From Catajapyx aquilonaris (taxonomy: Eukaryota), in assembly GCA_000934665.2 (NCBI GenBank), contig KZ538409.1, positions 1-64,000 of the forward strand: 64,000 bases of DNA, read 5' to 3'. The notes beneath the pieces were generated by a model. That model ran no database searches. It saw nothing but the letters and a program-made list of their open reading frames with translations, and was not told where the DNA came from. The translations under genes and the position numbers were made by a program. Every line of letters starts with the position of its first letter. Position 1 is the stretch's first letter. Positions 48,301 through 63,100 of this stretch are shown here, piece after piece.

Positions 48301-51300
48301 TGAAGAACTGACACAAATTGCCATTTTTCATGAGAACAGAAATTTGTGAGCTTGAATAGTCATTTAGTAGTGGGTGGGTGTACTTCAGGAATAGAAGTGT
48401 GCTCAAGGTGTGTAGAAATAGCACTGTGCCATGTTTCTGCCACCAATGTTTTACTTGGTGCATTCAGCATTGGGAATTTCATGGATATTTTTTGTCAGAT
48501 TCCCCAATGGCCAAGTTTTATAAGGAATTACCCTAAATGATGTGCCATTTAATCTCCAATCTTGCGTGTATGCCATTGCACTGATTTCTCTGCCACAGAA
48601 AATAGGAGTGAATGCTATAATTATGTAATGAAATTGGTGCACACGCTATTCAGAAGTTGTGAGTTTTTTTTCTCATTTACTTATGCTTGTTACTAACTGC
48701 TTCAAATGCATTTTGATAACACAATTTCTGCACTTCTAACCTAGCCCAATCATTTACTGCATTAGTTGTGCATGAGTACTGGAATATTCCTATTCCTATG
48801 GGTTGCATTCAACTGTGAGCCATTCCTGTCAACCTTGGCCATCTTTTAAGACCATTGTCGATTTTGATCATGCGTAGAAGTAGCTTAAGAAAGCCCAGTG
48901 ATCATCATAGTGGGTACTTGCCCAAAATTGAAATATTTTGGTCACCTTGAAGTTCTGGCTTGAAGTTCGATTTGTAGAGAAGTGTCCCATCGTTCTAACA
49001 TGACAGCTAAGGGTGATAAGGAGGTTCCTGGGTCCCTGGAGCGCAAGGACACTAAAAATGGCACTTTTGCACAAGTACCATTAGCAATGAGGTTTTCAAA
49101 ATAGGTGTCAGCATGAGGGTGAATTTGGTGACAGCACTAAATGACGAAGGTCACAGACCTTCATTAGACCGCTCTATATGAAACATCAACCAAACCGGGG
49201 CTGCCAACGGCATCCTTTGACTTCCACATCGCTGGCAACGGGTGTTACACAATGCTGGTGACTACATTGAAGGACTCTGAAAGTTTGAAGCTGCCATGTA
49301 TTTCCAGTTGCAAGTAATTAAATAGTTGCCACAATTTTATTTACAACCCTCTGTGTACAGCCAGGTTTTCAAGGTGACTGAATAAATTATTGAATTTGGG
49401 CAGGTCATTGCTTACCTGCAAGGGGAAATATATACACAATAATTTTACCCTTCTGTACATGGAAGTCTCAGAACTATACATGGCATCGATAAAAGGACTA
49501 CCTTTCCAAGGTTATGAGCATCACTCAAGTTAGCTTTTATTTTTTTGAAACACACAGGCCAATGCCGTCTGAACATCAGAACCTTGGAAAGGTAGTCCTT
49601 TTTATTCTTTCACTAGGGTCTGATGTCACTTGCATATACAGTATGTCAGGAAGAGCCTGGAGTAGTCTGCCATTACTTGTGGAGTTTAATTTTAATACCA
49701 ATTGAGGAATAAATAAAATTGCCATTATTTACAGGGTTTAGAGATGCAGTTTTTGCTGTTTCTAGAATTAGTAGCCTCATCTGAAATGTCAAGTACACCT
49801 TATACAGGGCTATTCATAAGTCTTGACCCTATTTTAAAAATTCACCAAAAATACACTAATACATTACAAATCCACCTTAATTAACTTGTACTAATGTTCG
49901 AGACCATTTGATGTGCAGTGTCCAAGGAGAGTTTTTAAAAAACTGCGCTTAAGCTTTTATGTGCATTATTTATTATTGTAGGAATGAAGAAATGAACATT
50001 TATTTTAAGTGAAAGCATGTGTTGTGTGCGCAGCCTATGTATGAGGTGTTAATATTTTTGTTAGAAATGAGAAAAACAGGTTTAAATCCAGTAATTTCCT
50101 GTAATATATTGTTGCTGGTATTATTTCAGATTCCTCAGTTGATTGAGAAGGTGAGAGAAAATGCCATCTTGTCAGAATTGAGGGAGTGGTTCAAGACGCG
50201 CCTTGAGTACTTCCAAGTCGACCCTATGCTGTTCCCACCAAAAGGACAGAAGTTCACTGCTGAATACAGCAGAGATAAAGATTACCTGTGAGTCATCACA
50301 TTTATTACATTTTCCTATGAAAGAGGTAGTCAGTGATGAAGCAGGAAACACAGGCTAAACAATTTATTCATCACCTCTAAAAGATTACATAATTACCAAT
50401 AGACAATATAAAATAGCATGTACCAATTGAAGTCTCAGTTTTAAGGTATGATTTTGTGGCATTAAGTTGCTTATTATTCATTACTTACGTATAGAAGCTA
50501 TGAGAAATACAACTGAGTAAAGTTAGGTTGAATTGAAAGCATGTCTGGCAAAGAGGAGTTGAATAATGGACAATCAGCAACCATCCACAATCTGCTAAGC
50601 CATTCCGCAGGGGCTGCCTTCATAATCTACTAGTATGAGGCACAAAATTAATTGCTTAGTTGGATTGAAGATGACAACCTCTATCCACATGGAAAGCTCT
50701 CTAGGCAGGTTATCCTAGAAATCCACTTACCTGTTGGCTTATATCCATAATAATAAAGAGGGATGGTTTCCCTTGCATGTGTTACACATACATTTTGGCA
50801 TGTGGATGGTCTGATCTGATGATACTCTGATGGGGAGGAAGGAATGGGCTAGGACATGGAGAAGAGCCACTGAGATATTACGTAGGCCCACTGTTTGTTT
50901 TTCATGGAGGTTTTGCTAGTACAGTAAAACCCCTGCTGTTGGACACCCCTGTATGTTGGACACACCTGTTTGTTGGACATTTTTGGTGGAACCATGGAAA
51001 AGCCTATCCATTTGTATGGGCACATTAGCTCTTAAGTTGGACACCCCTCTATCCTGGAAGTTGGACGCTTTTTGTCACCTAAGTTGGACAGGTACACAGT
51101 GAATGGTATCAAAAATCTCCATCCAGCCTGCTGATATTTCAGGCCATTAGTACTCACAATCAGTGCATGACTCACCACCACCCAAAAGTGATGGACACCA
51201 TTTATGCAGCACGAAAACTCATCGAAACTGAACTCATGGTGTCTACGGTGGCCAAACTGAAACAGTCCAGGCTGACTGATTTCTTTTGTAAAAAGTGAGG

Positions 51301-54300
51301 GTCCATATTGCAGAATCATGAAACGCTGTACTGTACTGTACTTTAGTCCCATATGTTCTCTACGGATAATACTGTACATATATGTACTGTACACTGTAAA
51401 AATTTTTATGAATGTGTTTTCATCATGGGCATGCATGACCGTACCCTGTACAGTACCTATCTCTCTAAGTTGGACACCCCTCTATGTTGGACATTTTTTG
51501 TGGAACCGTGAGTGTCCAACTTAGAGGGGTTTTACTGTATATTGAAGTAATTGAACCCTACAGTAGTGAGAGTTTCATGATTTAACTCTCGTTTGCATTG
51601 GCCTCTTATGGTGGGAGGTGTAAGGGTGATGGGGAATTGTGTAGGGAGATACTTGCTCAGATCTTACTGTCTAATATTTTCTGGATTTGCTCTGAAGGAG
51701 TACACACTTCATGCCAATATGGTTATTATATTTCAACCAATGCCGATATGAGCTAAATTCTGAATCACACAGTCTTCAAACAGTATTTGTTTTGGATGAC
51801 AGGATGCAGAGATTTTATGTCCGTGTTTCTCATGCTTTACTTACAGGTTTGCAATCGATCATGATGACTTTTTTTCACCAGCTGTGAGAGCAAGGGTGGT
51901 GTCATTTATTATGAGCAGAAAGAGATTTGTTGAGGAGGACAGCACAGATGAATTTGCTTTTGGGATTGAGAGGCTCTTGAATGAACAGGCATACTCTGCA
52001 GCTTACCCACTGCATGATGTGAGCATTGGCATTTGGTTGTTCTAATATACTCGTACTATTTTTGCAAGGACAACTTACTGATGTAGCCATTTTCTTGCTT
52101 TCATAAAAACAGGGAGACCATAAATCTCCAGGCACTATACGCTACCTGCTGGGCAAGGAGTGGGCCGCAATCTCCAAGTCATTCAAACTCCAGCCATTAG
52201 ACTATATTAAAGAATATTTTGGAGTGAAGATAGGTCTTTACTTTGCATGGCTGGGCTTCTACACATTCATGCTTATTCCTGCTTCAGTTGTTGGGCTCTT
52301 CTGTTTTATCTACAGCTGTGCTACACTCAGTGAGAACAAGCCAAGGTAATTTCATTCCGTATATTTTGCATTCAATTTCTTGGTTTATTTGACTAAGTAG
52401 CTTCTGACACATGTATTTGTACCTGTAAATGTATCTCTAACAATTAATGCTTTAACAAGTGACATTTTGGAACATATCTACGAGGGCTAGTCAGAAAGTA
52501 AGTTTCGCGATGCTACAGTTTCAACGCCATGCGATGGACTGGGTAAATACGAGCATGGGCAGATACGTTGATCCTTCCTCTACTTTATAGGACGGATAGT
52601 CACCATCTTGCAACTTCTGCGCAGGTGCGGCAGCCGTTGGACGAGACCTAGTGGCTAGCCGAGCATGCCCGCCCACATTCCGCCAGGAAAAGTTATGCCA
52701 AACAGAAAGTGTTGGTCACATGGACTAAGGCAGAAGTGAGGGCAGATGTTCACTACCAGTGGTGACATTTGACATTCATCACTGGAGTGTATGGTCCGGA
52801 GATGCCATGTCTGAGCAAATGGTGCCAGCAATTTAAGAATAAGCTCGCAAGTGTAAAGGAATACCAGAGACGTGTACTACTGCCACGAACATTACTGACA
52901 GTGTCCTCAAGTGTCCTAACTTCTGCCTTAGTCCATGTGTCTGTCTGGCATGACATTTCCTGGTGGAATGCAGGTGGGCACGCTCGGTTCACCATTCGGT
53001 CTCATCCAATGGCTGCCGCGCCTGCACATAAACTGCCAGATGGTGCCTACCCATCTTATAAGTAGAGGAAGGATGGACGTACATGACCGTGTTCGTTTTT
53101 ACCCTGTCCATGGCATGGCGTCGAAACTGTAGCACCACGAAACTTATTTTATGACTGGCCCTCATATAATACAGTTAGTCCCCGGTTTACGAACAACAAG
53201 ACTTACGAACAGGCTCCCAAGGCTCCCCATAAGGATAATTTATAACTAGTCCTCCACTTTCAATCACTTCTGCGTACATTGACTGACACCACGTTCAACA
53301 TAAATACTGTATAATTAATAAATAATTGGGAAACTATGTTCTTCCATGCATGTAAACAAACACACATGATGTAAGCAGTTCCTTGGAACAGCATCTTTAC
53401 GCTGTATATATGTGCTGTTCCTCAGGGATCCAAGTTACGTACAAATCTGACTTATGGACAATATCAGGAAAGTAACCCTGTTCGTAGACCGGGGAATTCC
53501 TGTGGTGCATAATAATTTGTAATAATCAGCTGTTCCTTTCTCAACGTTAACTTTTTACAGTGATGACATATGTGACAGGAAAGTAAATGCAACCATGTGT
53601 CCCATTTGTGACCATTTCTGTGACTTTTGGGATTTGCATCAGACTTGTGTACACTCCAAAGTCACTTACCTCTTCGATAACCCAAGCACAGTTTTCTTCG
53701 CCATTTTCATGTCACTCTGGGGTGAGTTGCTCCTGCTTTAATCATCCGATTGTTTTAGTGGTTGCATATAACATTTTATGGGAGTCGGGCCTGTCTCAAG
53801 CACCCAGTTATTGGTTAATTGTTGGAAACAATGCAAACTTACATATATGATATATTGGAATACTTTTTTGGGAGCTGCTTAAATTCTCAAGATATGTGAT
53901 GAGCACTGATATATTCATACGTGTATATTCATATTTAAAATTCTTGTAACTCTGAGCACACGTGATTTGTTGCTTCATATTGCCATCTCATGATCTGCTT
54001 TTCACTTATTTGCTGCACCCTAACTTTAGTACTTATATAATTTGCATAACTGGAAGGCCCCTAATCATTTATTTTTGTGTCTGCTTAGAACTCTGTACAG
54101 GGTCTGATCTTTTGAAGAATGGGCAAATATGTGGGTCATATTAAGAATGGGACATAGAAAGTAATACATGGAAAGTGATCCTACATTCATTATCATGCCA
54201 TATCATTTTCTCAAAATGTCCCACAGGAGCCCTCTTTCTGGAACTTTGGAAGCGTTATTCTGCAGAGATAACGTACAGGTGGGACCTGACTGGTTTTGAC

Positions 54301-57300
54301 ACTCAGGATGAGCATCCAAGACCAGAGTATCTGGCCAGGTTGGCCCATGTGCGAAAAAAGACCATCAATGTCATTACAAACAGTGCTGAACCTGCAGTGC
54401 CATTCTGGAGGATGAAGTTTCCAGCATTTGTCTTCAGCTTCTCTCTTGTCTTGCTATTGGTAAGTAGCTGGTCACTTTAGGTATGTGTGACACTTTCACA
54501 GTTTTCTTGTACCATCAGATAGTCCTGGCACTGGCAGCTGTCATTGGAGTCATTCTGTACCGCATGTCAGTTCTGGCGGCTTTGTATATTCGTTCCCGCA
54601 ATGATGAGATCATCACCAGTTACGCTCTCCTTATCACCACAGGAACGGCTGCCTGCATTAATCTTGTCTGCATTATGGTTTTTAATCGGGTTAGTACAGT
54701 CTTTCAGTTGTGTGCATGCTTGTTGGCTAAGTCTTCACCATTTTAACCGATATAGGAACTTGTTATCAAGACTCTTTGTCATAAGCAATATAAATAATGG
54801 TAAGTCTAGGGAGGCATGGTGGTCTGGTGGTTACGCCACTGGCCAGCCAAGTGGGAGGCTGGGGTTCAAATCTCGTCCCCGTCACCTCAGCTTGGCTGGG
54901 TCTTTTTCTGCTTTTCACCCGACATGCCGGGGGAGAATTGCACTCCCTACTCTGCCCAGGGCCAGGAGAAAAGGTCTGGTGTATTTTAAAACCCTATCAC
55001 TCAAAAACTTGTAGACATATTTTAATGATTTCAGTTTTGATATGCTAAGAAGTGTCTAAAGTTTGGTGGGGGTGGGGGGGGGGGGGCTAGGCACATTGGG
55101 AAACTTCTCATTCAAGACTTCACACGCTAGGAGGCTGAACAAATGAAACTTTGGTACGGCAGGTTTGTTTCATGGATGAGGCTACTTTTTTATTTGAATC
55201 GTCAAGAACAATGTGTGTGGTGTAAAGATCCGAGATATCCAGCGTATATGAGATAGGATTGCAATGGTGACTCCAAATATGATTGAGCGGGATTTGACAA
55301 GATACCGATTGCGTATTTTAAATCTTCTGAGTGACAAATAAAGCTCGTATTGAAACAAACTAATGTGGGACCAAAACTTCAGACATTTTGTAGCCTTTCA
55401 AAACTTAAATCATTAAGAAATGTCTACAAGTTTTCCAGTTATCTATAATATTTAAATGCTTGCGATGTGTGACCGCGATGTGTGACAAGGACGCGGTGAC
55501 CTCACAACAGGGGAGGGGGAGAGGAGGGGGGAAGGAGGAATGGTCAAATTGGAACGTCGTAAACAAACCGAACATAGGCCAGGTCGGGATGTTGTTTATC
55601 AGTGCTGCCAACTCCATGGACACTGAACCCGCGGATAGGTCGAGAACGTCAAAAGAAAGTGTCACGAATAATGAAACCAGTGTAGTGTTTTGATCATCTA
55701 ATACAAACACTGCAGAGTTCCATGGACGTTTATAATAGGGGGGAGTTATTTATTTATTTATTTATTTTTATTTTTATTACCCCGTGATGCCCCTTACAGG
55801 AGCTATAGGGGGGTGGCATACCACCATCAGTTTTCTGTTTTTTACTTCAATCTCCGTGCAAGGACTGGTTCGGGATATAGGGTAGGGAAAGGGATTGTTG
55901 GGGAGGGGACACTTGTGCAGGTGCATTGTCCTAGCCTTTTTTAGGCTATAGGGGGGAGTTATGAGCAGTTAGAAAAACGTGGTCGGAAAGGGTGCATATA
56001 ATTTAGGCACGTGTGCGAGTGCATGCGAGTATAGAAGCGGTAGAGGTTGTGAGTTTCTGTTCTTACAATAATTGTGGTTTTTTAAAATTCAAAAGGTATT
56101 GGTATGTTGAGGTGGGAAAATGCATATTTCTCAGCCAATACAAAGCAAAGGTGGGATTACAGATATGTCGCAGAGTACGGAATCACGGATGTGTGAATGC
56201 ATGGAGGAACGGGTGGGGGTGTATGCATGTGATTGGGGGGGATGGGCATCATCATTGCCTATAAATCAGAAGTGATTAAAAATATGGTAGGCACTGCAGG
56301 CCATAGGCCTAGAAAAAAGCGAGTGGTTTTCTATGCCTGCGCCATAGAAAAATGGGAGCGTAAGCGAGGGTTTTTCTAGTAGGGTTTTAAAATCCAAGCA
56401 TTCTTTTTCGATAACCCAGTATTTCATTCCATTTCATGTATCCTGTATAATTGCTATTAATGTGATGAATAGGTGCAGACCATAAAAAATCAAAATTCAA
56501 ATATTGAATAGCCCATAAGAGTTTTTCAGACACCAGAATACATCGCACAGAGTGAAGGGGGGAAAATGTCAGAAGTAAAATGTATTTTCAACTTTTGGCT
56601 CAGGTATTTAAAAAAAACAACCCTTGTGATAGGGCCAGGGAGGGCGCTCTTAAGTGGTCATTTCTGGCCTATTATATACCAGACCTTTTCTCCTGGCCCT
56701 GGGCAGAGAAGGGAGTGCAAGTCTGCCCGGACATGTCGAGTGAAAAGTGGAAAAAAACCCGCCAAGCGAAGGTGACGGGGACGGGGATGGGATTTGAACC
56801 CCGGTCCTCTGCTTGGCTGGCCAGTAGCATAGCCACTAGACCAACATGCCCCCCACACAGGTTTTACTTATTTTCTCTAGTCTAAAATCATGACTTTCTC
56901 CTTTAACACACCCTTTGATATAAAACAATATTGCAATACTTTTTCAATAACATTTCTATATTTATAGAAGCTTCCATTAAACATAAGTTTGTATTAGTGG
57001 TCACTAGGTCATGATAAATATTTTCAGATGTACAATGTGCTGGCTGAGTACCTCACGGAGATAGAGCTTCATCGGACTCAGACAGAGTTTGATGATGCAC
57101 TCACCCTCAAGTACTACCTTCTGCAGTTTGTGAATTACTATGCATCAATATTTTATGTTGCCTTCTTCAAGGGACAATTCGTGGGCTATCCTAGAGAATA
57201 CAACCGCTTCTTTGACTCCAGACAAGAGGAGGTACATAATTAACTAATGGAACAATTTACAAATTGACGTGTTCTTAAGATGTTTGGTAAAAAATGACAT

Positions 57301-60125
57301 CTTATTTTAAGTGTGGTCCGGGTGGCTGCTTGATGGAGCTGAGCTTACAACTCATTATCATCATGGTGGGGAAGCAGGCCGTGAACTCCATCATAGAGCC
57401 ACTTTACCCGTGAGTGTTGCCTGAAGGAATGCAGGTTTTTTTGTTGATTAGGATCCGAAAATTTAATGCCTGGGCATCCTTTAGGGTCAAAATTCTGACG
57501 TGTTCTTGAGAAGGGTGACACCCATGACTGCCGCAGTGCACATTATGTGACAGAATGATGAAAATGTCATTGAGAAAGAGAGTAGACTACTTTTGCTGAT
57601 TATTATCATTACCGTCTCCTTTCGATTAAAGCTGGTATGAATGTAAGAATCCCACATGTGAAACTTTGAAACTCTGCATGAGATAAGAAGAACCTGGGCT
57701 TGTGGGATCAAATCTGGGACTTCTCTATCCATGAGCATAAACATTACTGATGCAAACACCCAACTTCTAGTATGTTTTCAGCACATTGTGGCCATTTTAA
57801 ATGGGGGAAAAAAACACTTTCATGCCCAGAATTTCACTACTGTTAAGAGAACATTATAAACCGAGTTTCATATTTGTCGTATAATGTAATTAGTACAACT
57901 TCCACTAAATATTATTGTGGTGATCTGCAAAATCAATCCTGGATGTCATCCTTCTCAGGGACCTCTGTGTGGGTGGTGGTAGTGTAATGATGTAATATTT
58001 GGCCATTGGATGTTCCACCATAACATATTACTACGGACAAATTTTCAGAACAGTTTGAGGAACTTGGTTCGAAAACTATTTTGAAACTATTTCTTTCAAA
58101 TGAAATTACCCTTGAAGTTACTACATGGATACTACATGATATCCCTGAAAAGGACAGGCAAAAAAATTTGCTTGCAGCAATATGGGCCCAGGAACTAGTG
58201 GCTCAGGGTAAACAATTTGGGGCCTGGAAAGTAAGAATCAGGCAAAGGCAGTAAAATTCCCACTTCCGGGATAGGAAATAAAATCCACTCGAAGGCCTTT
58301 TCAGATCAAAGAGGCTCAGTGAAGGTCATATTCATTTTATTAAATGATGTCTTATTTTTCAGCCTGATTACTAAGTGGTGGCGGTCTATGAGGGTGAAAC
58401 CAGAAGCAACGCCAACACATGAGTCCAACAAAATGAGCAGCCAGTATGTGAAGGATTACAGACTGGCTGAATGGGGAAGGCGAGCTCTCTTCCCAGAATA
58501 CCTAGAAATGGGTAAGAATTTTCTGCAGAACTCGATCTTTGCATGACACATGAATACATATCTTGCAATCTGCTCTTTCATTGTAGTCCTGCAGTATGGC
58601 TTTGTGACCATTTTTGTGGCTGCATTTCCACTGGCCCCCTTGTTTGCCTTGCTGAATAATATCCTTGAGATGCGTCTAGACGCCAAGAAGCTCCTCTTCT
58701 ACCATCGCAGGCCAGTGGGACAGAGGGTCAAGGGTATAGGAGTTTGGTACAGGATTCTTGATTCCATTGGGAAGCTCGCTGTTGTCACCAATGTAAGCAA
58801 TTTTTATTTCGCCACTCAAATTGTGTCAGGTGAGAATGCCATGTTGTATCTTGAACTGTTCTGAAAGGATCCAAGTAGATGTGTGTGCCACAGTATCATT
58901 TCAAAGTTCCTTTCTTGAAGTGTTGAGCCCATGGGCCTTACCTGCCAAGTCCTAAAATGTGCATAATAATAATGGATACCCTGTGATAGGCCCCTTGGGC
59001 CTCTTAGGGGATCATCTTTTGAATTACCGACTTTAATCATTTGCCTGAAATGTGATGGATTTTGATAGTGGGAGGAAACGGGAGAACCCCGAGAAAACCC
59101 ACGCGAACACGGAGAGAACCCATCGAAACTCTATCCACATAAGTATCCTCCGTCCAACCCGGGGATCGAACTCGGGACCTTAGAGGCGGAAGGCTGCGGC
59201 GCTAATCACTCGGCCACCGTGTCGCCCTAAAATGTGCATACCTTTTGCATGAAAGGACCTGTTCAAGGTTATCCTGAGAAGCCCTGCAACCCAAATGACA
59301 AAAGTTAGGCTCATGTTGTGTAGTGTATATTCCAGCCCACGGACACTTATACTACGTTCTGGCGTTATCACCTGCCGAGGCATTTTGCAGCGAGTTCTCA
59401 CCTGAGACCGCCATGTGACATTTCGGAGCCACGATAAGTGGCGACCCTACCGGACTAAGGCTGAACTTTATAGGTACGAAAGGGGGGGCTACATTGGGGG
59501 GCCCAACATGGCCGCCGGCGGCCATGTTGGGTCATCATGTAGCCCTCCCCTTTCGTACCTATAAAGTTCAGCCTTAGTCCGGTAGGGTCGCCACTTATCG
59601 TGGCTCCGAAATGTCTCATGGCGCTCTCAGGTGAGCGCCCGTTGCAAAACGCCCCGGCAGGGGGTGGGTGGGAGTGACCAGACCTTACTTATATGACCGT
59701 GGTATATTCTATGCACCCACCGAAGCAGTAGTGGTGTAGTGGATATGGTGTCCGACTGCTAATCGGGAGGTCCTGGGTTCGAGTCCCGGAGGCCGGCGGT
59801 CCTGACCTTGGTTTTCTGTGGTTTTCCAAAGTCACCCCAGGGAAATCCCGGGATCGTACCGTTAAATAGGCCACAGCCGCTTCCTTCCTTTCCCTGGAGG
59901 AGGCGCGGTGTCGGTGGGGGGGCTTCCGGCCGCGCCTAGGGGCGTGTCTAAGCTTGGCCCCCTGAGGGACTGCACACGGCCCCCACCACAGGACAATGCA
60001 CTGCACCTTTGTTCCTCCCTCCCTATCCCTTCCCTGTCCCTGCACCGGTGAGATTGAAAAGTTAGAAAAATGGAGGAGATCTCCTCCCCCTGCATTGGCC
60101 AATTGGTCTCAAGGGGGATCCCAAA

Positions 60126-60156
<31 letters not shown>

Positions 60157-63100
60157 ATATTCTATGCACCAAGTTTTACGCTCAAGGGCGTCTTATATGT
60201 CGTCAAATACAGTATGTTGCATTCTTATCCACGTATAGTCAAATGTTAAGTTTAGTTATGGGAGGGGGAATGCGATTGGACCAGTCCAAATCGCATTCGG
60301 GTTGGCTGCTGCAGTGGATCTGCAAACTGGGGCTGAATGGGAATTGACGGTTTAGGTAGGTTCAATTCAGTTCAGTAGTTGTTGGCCCGAATACGATTTG
60401 ATACAGGGCTCCACATCCGGGGATAGGGGACTAGTTAAGAGCACGCAAAAAGAGAGGGAGTTTGGGGGGGGGGGGGGCNGGCTGGGCTCGAAGATGGGGC
60501 TTTCTTGGCCAGCCAATTTTACCAAATCCTGCAGAGATGTGGTAGCCTATGCCTTAGTTACAAATTGAGACTCTCTACCCCCATTGACGATCTGGTCATC
60601 ACCTACCACAATGAAATGTTTGGCTACGACTACTGGAATGACTTCTATCCCAGAACAGTCACACAGATGCAGACATTCTGAGAGAGTACTCTTTGTATGT
60701 CTGATCTTACTTTCATTTTCTTGTCAGCTTATGGATGGTGGTCGAAGAATAGGATTATCAGACCTGTAAGTTATATGGTTTTTGTATTCCCATATTTGCA
60801 GGGCTTCATCATTGCTTTCACATCTGAGTTCATACCCCGCCTGGTGTATCGATACACTGTGAGCAAGGATGGAAGTCTGGAAGGATATCTGGAACACTCC
60901 TTGGCCAAATTCAACCCAAGGGACATTGACAACATGTCCTTTCCACTGAAAAATCCCAATCATGATGTGGATGAGTGCAGGTAAAAGGCAACATTTTTTT
61001 GATATTACTCTGTAGATTCTATTAATATTATTAATTTATTATAATGTGGCCAGCTTTCCTTCTGTTGAGCGCCAGACCGAGCAGGCCATAAGCTGGTGAA
61101 AGTCGACGTAGAATTATAAGGGACAAAAACCAAAAAGAATGGTTCCTTGGAAATGTTGTAAGGTCGCTATAAAGTTACGTTAGGTAGAAATCCATTCATT
61201 ACATCGCGAAATATTTACTTCACCTTGGTCCCATCAATCCTCTGTAAGCCACAAGGGAAGGCTTGTTTTCACTGGCAATAACTGTGACGTAGAATTAGAA
61301 TTTAAAGAAACCAAAAGTGGTGGTTCCTTGGAAATGTTGTAAGGTCTCGAAAAAGTTACGTCTGGTTGAAATCCATTCATTATACCGCGAAATATTTACT
61401 TCACCTGGGTCCGATCAGTCCCCGGACGGAAAGCAGGCCACGATATTAATATAAATGCATGCACCATACTACTATAGATAGGATGTACAAAGGCAGTCTG
61501 TGCTAGTGTATTAGGAGTCAAGCTGGGAGGTCCTGGGATTCAGTCCACCAGATCGGAAAAGTTGAGAAAGATAGAGGTTTACAAAGATATTATTTAAAAA
61601 TCCCCCAGAGCAACCTGATTCCTGGATTTAATTGCTATTGTTGTTTATTATTATTATTATTATTATTATACCCCAACCCCCTCCTCTCTCCCCTCTCCTC
61701 CCAATTGTTGGAGTGGGGGGTGGGATGGGTAGTTTATAGTTTTATTTTTGTACGTTTTAATTTAGTTCATATGTGGGGTTAACTTGCGTCTCCCTTCATC
61801 GCTGACTACTCGTTATATAGGGAAATGTCGTGATGGTGGTGGTGGTGTATTATTAGACACTGACTAGATATTTTGAAAATTTACAATAAACCACTCAAAA
61901 GCAACTTGAAGGGACTTGAAGCAAATTAAACATTTGGAGACCTTGGGGGAAGAACGATCAAGGTCCACTTTTTTGTCAAAAATGAGTTGCATATCTCAGA
62001 AGATAGTTTCACTAGTGTAGAATGTGATGGTTTGGTTGTGGTTGTGGAGTAATGATCACAGTCCACTATGGAAGGCCCTGAAAGTGGGATTTACAATAGG
62101 ACCTTATGGGCCTTCGAAATTTGAAATTGAAATATCTCAGTTTCACATGAGGTGGACATGATCGTTCTTCCCTCGAGGTCTTCATTTATTGTTGTTGTTA
62201 AGCAGAAATGTGGCTCTCTTTCCAGGTACCATGATTACAGGGAGCCTCCAGATAGTCCCAATGCTTATGCGAAAACAGACGTGTTCTGGAGAGTTTTAGT
62301 TGCCCGCCTTGCATTTGTTGTTGTTTTTGAGGTGAGTGTAACATTTTTGAGATTACAAATAGTCCCTGACTTACGTCACCTGTACTCAGGTAGATCCGGA
62401 CTTACATTTAAAAAACCTGTCGTGCAGAAAACAATGCAGAATTGATGGAACTAACTGGTATAGTGGCGATGTTTCAAATCCACACTACTTGTTTTCAGAG
62501 CAAGGCGAGTAGTAATGGTGATATCACCATAAACCACACAGATACACCAGCACAAATGGTGCCAGGACCAATGCCTTGGGACCCGGCATAAGTGTTATGG
62601 ATTCGTAATGTTGCTTAGGTTGTATAATAAAACATGGCTCCGAGTTAGGTAAAACTCAACATATTTATAGGGTTGTGGAATGATCCACTTACGTAAGTCA
62701 GGGACTGGCAATATAATTAATCGGTTTATCAGTCTAGTTCAAAACTATTGTAATAAATGCATGCAGACCACTCAGTGAAATTTAAACATACATGTATACT
62801 GTACCACCATAAATGCTTTGGAAGCAGTTTTTAAAAACAAAAACGTCATGAATATCTCAATGTGGACCACAAAACCACAAACTGTATTATATAAACTCAC
62901 GTAGAAGCTGCAACTACTAATTATTTTATTTTGCAGAATGTAGTAGCAGTGGTGATAATCTTGGTGAACTGGTTGATCCCCGATGTCCCTCGTTCCCTTC
63001 GTGACCAGATGCGCAGGGAGGCCTACATTACAAATGAAATTGTCATCAAGCAGGAGATGATTCGCTCACGGGGTCTCATTGGTGGTGGTGACAGCACTGG

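Noticed and set aside
50930..51530. CRISPR-like repeats (gttggacacc units)
   Set aside because: Subterminal repeats of a pogo/Tigger MITE in a eukaryotic intron; no regular spacers or cas genes.
59718..59795. tRNA-Ser gene
   Set aside because: It is the head of a SINE with body, (TAAA)n tail, TSD and several decayed copies in the window.
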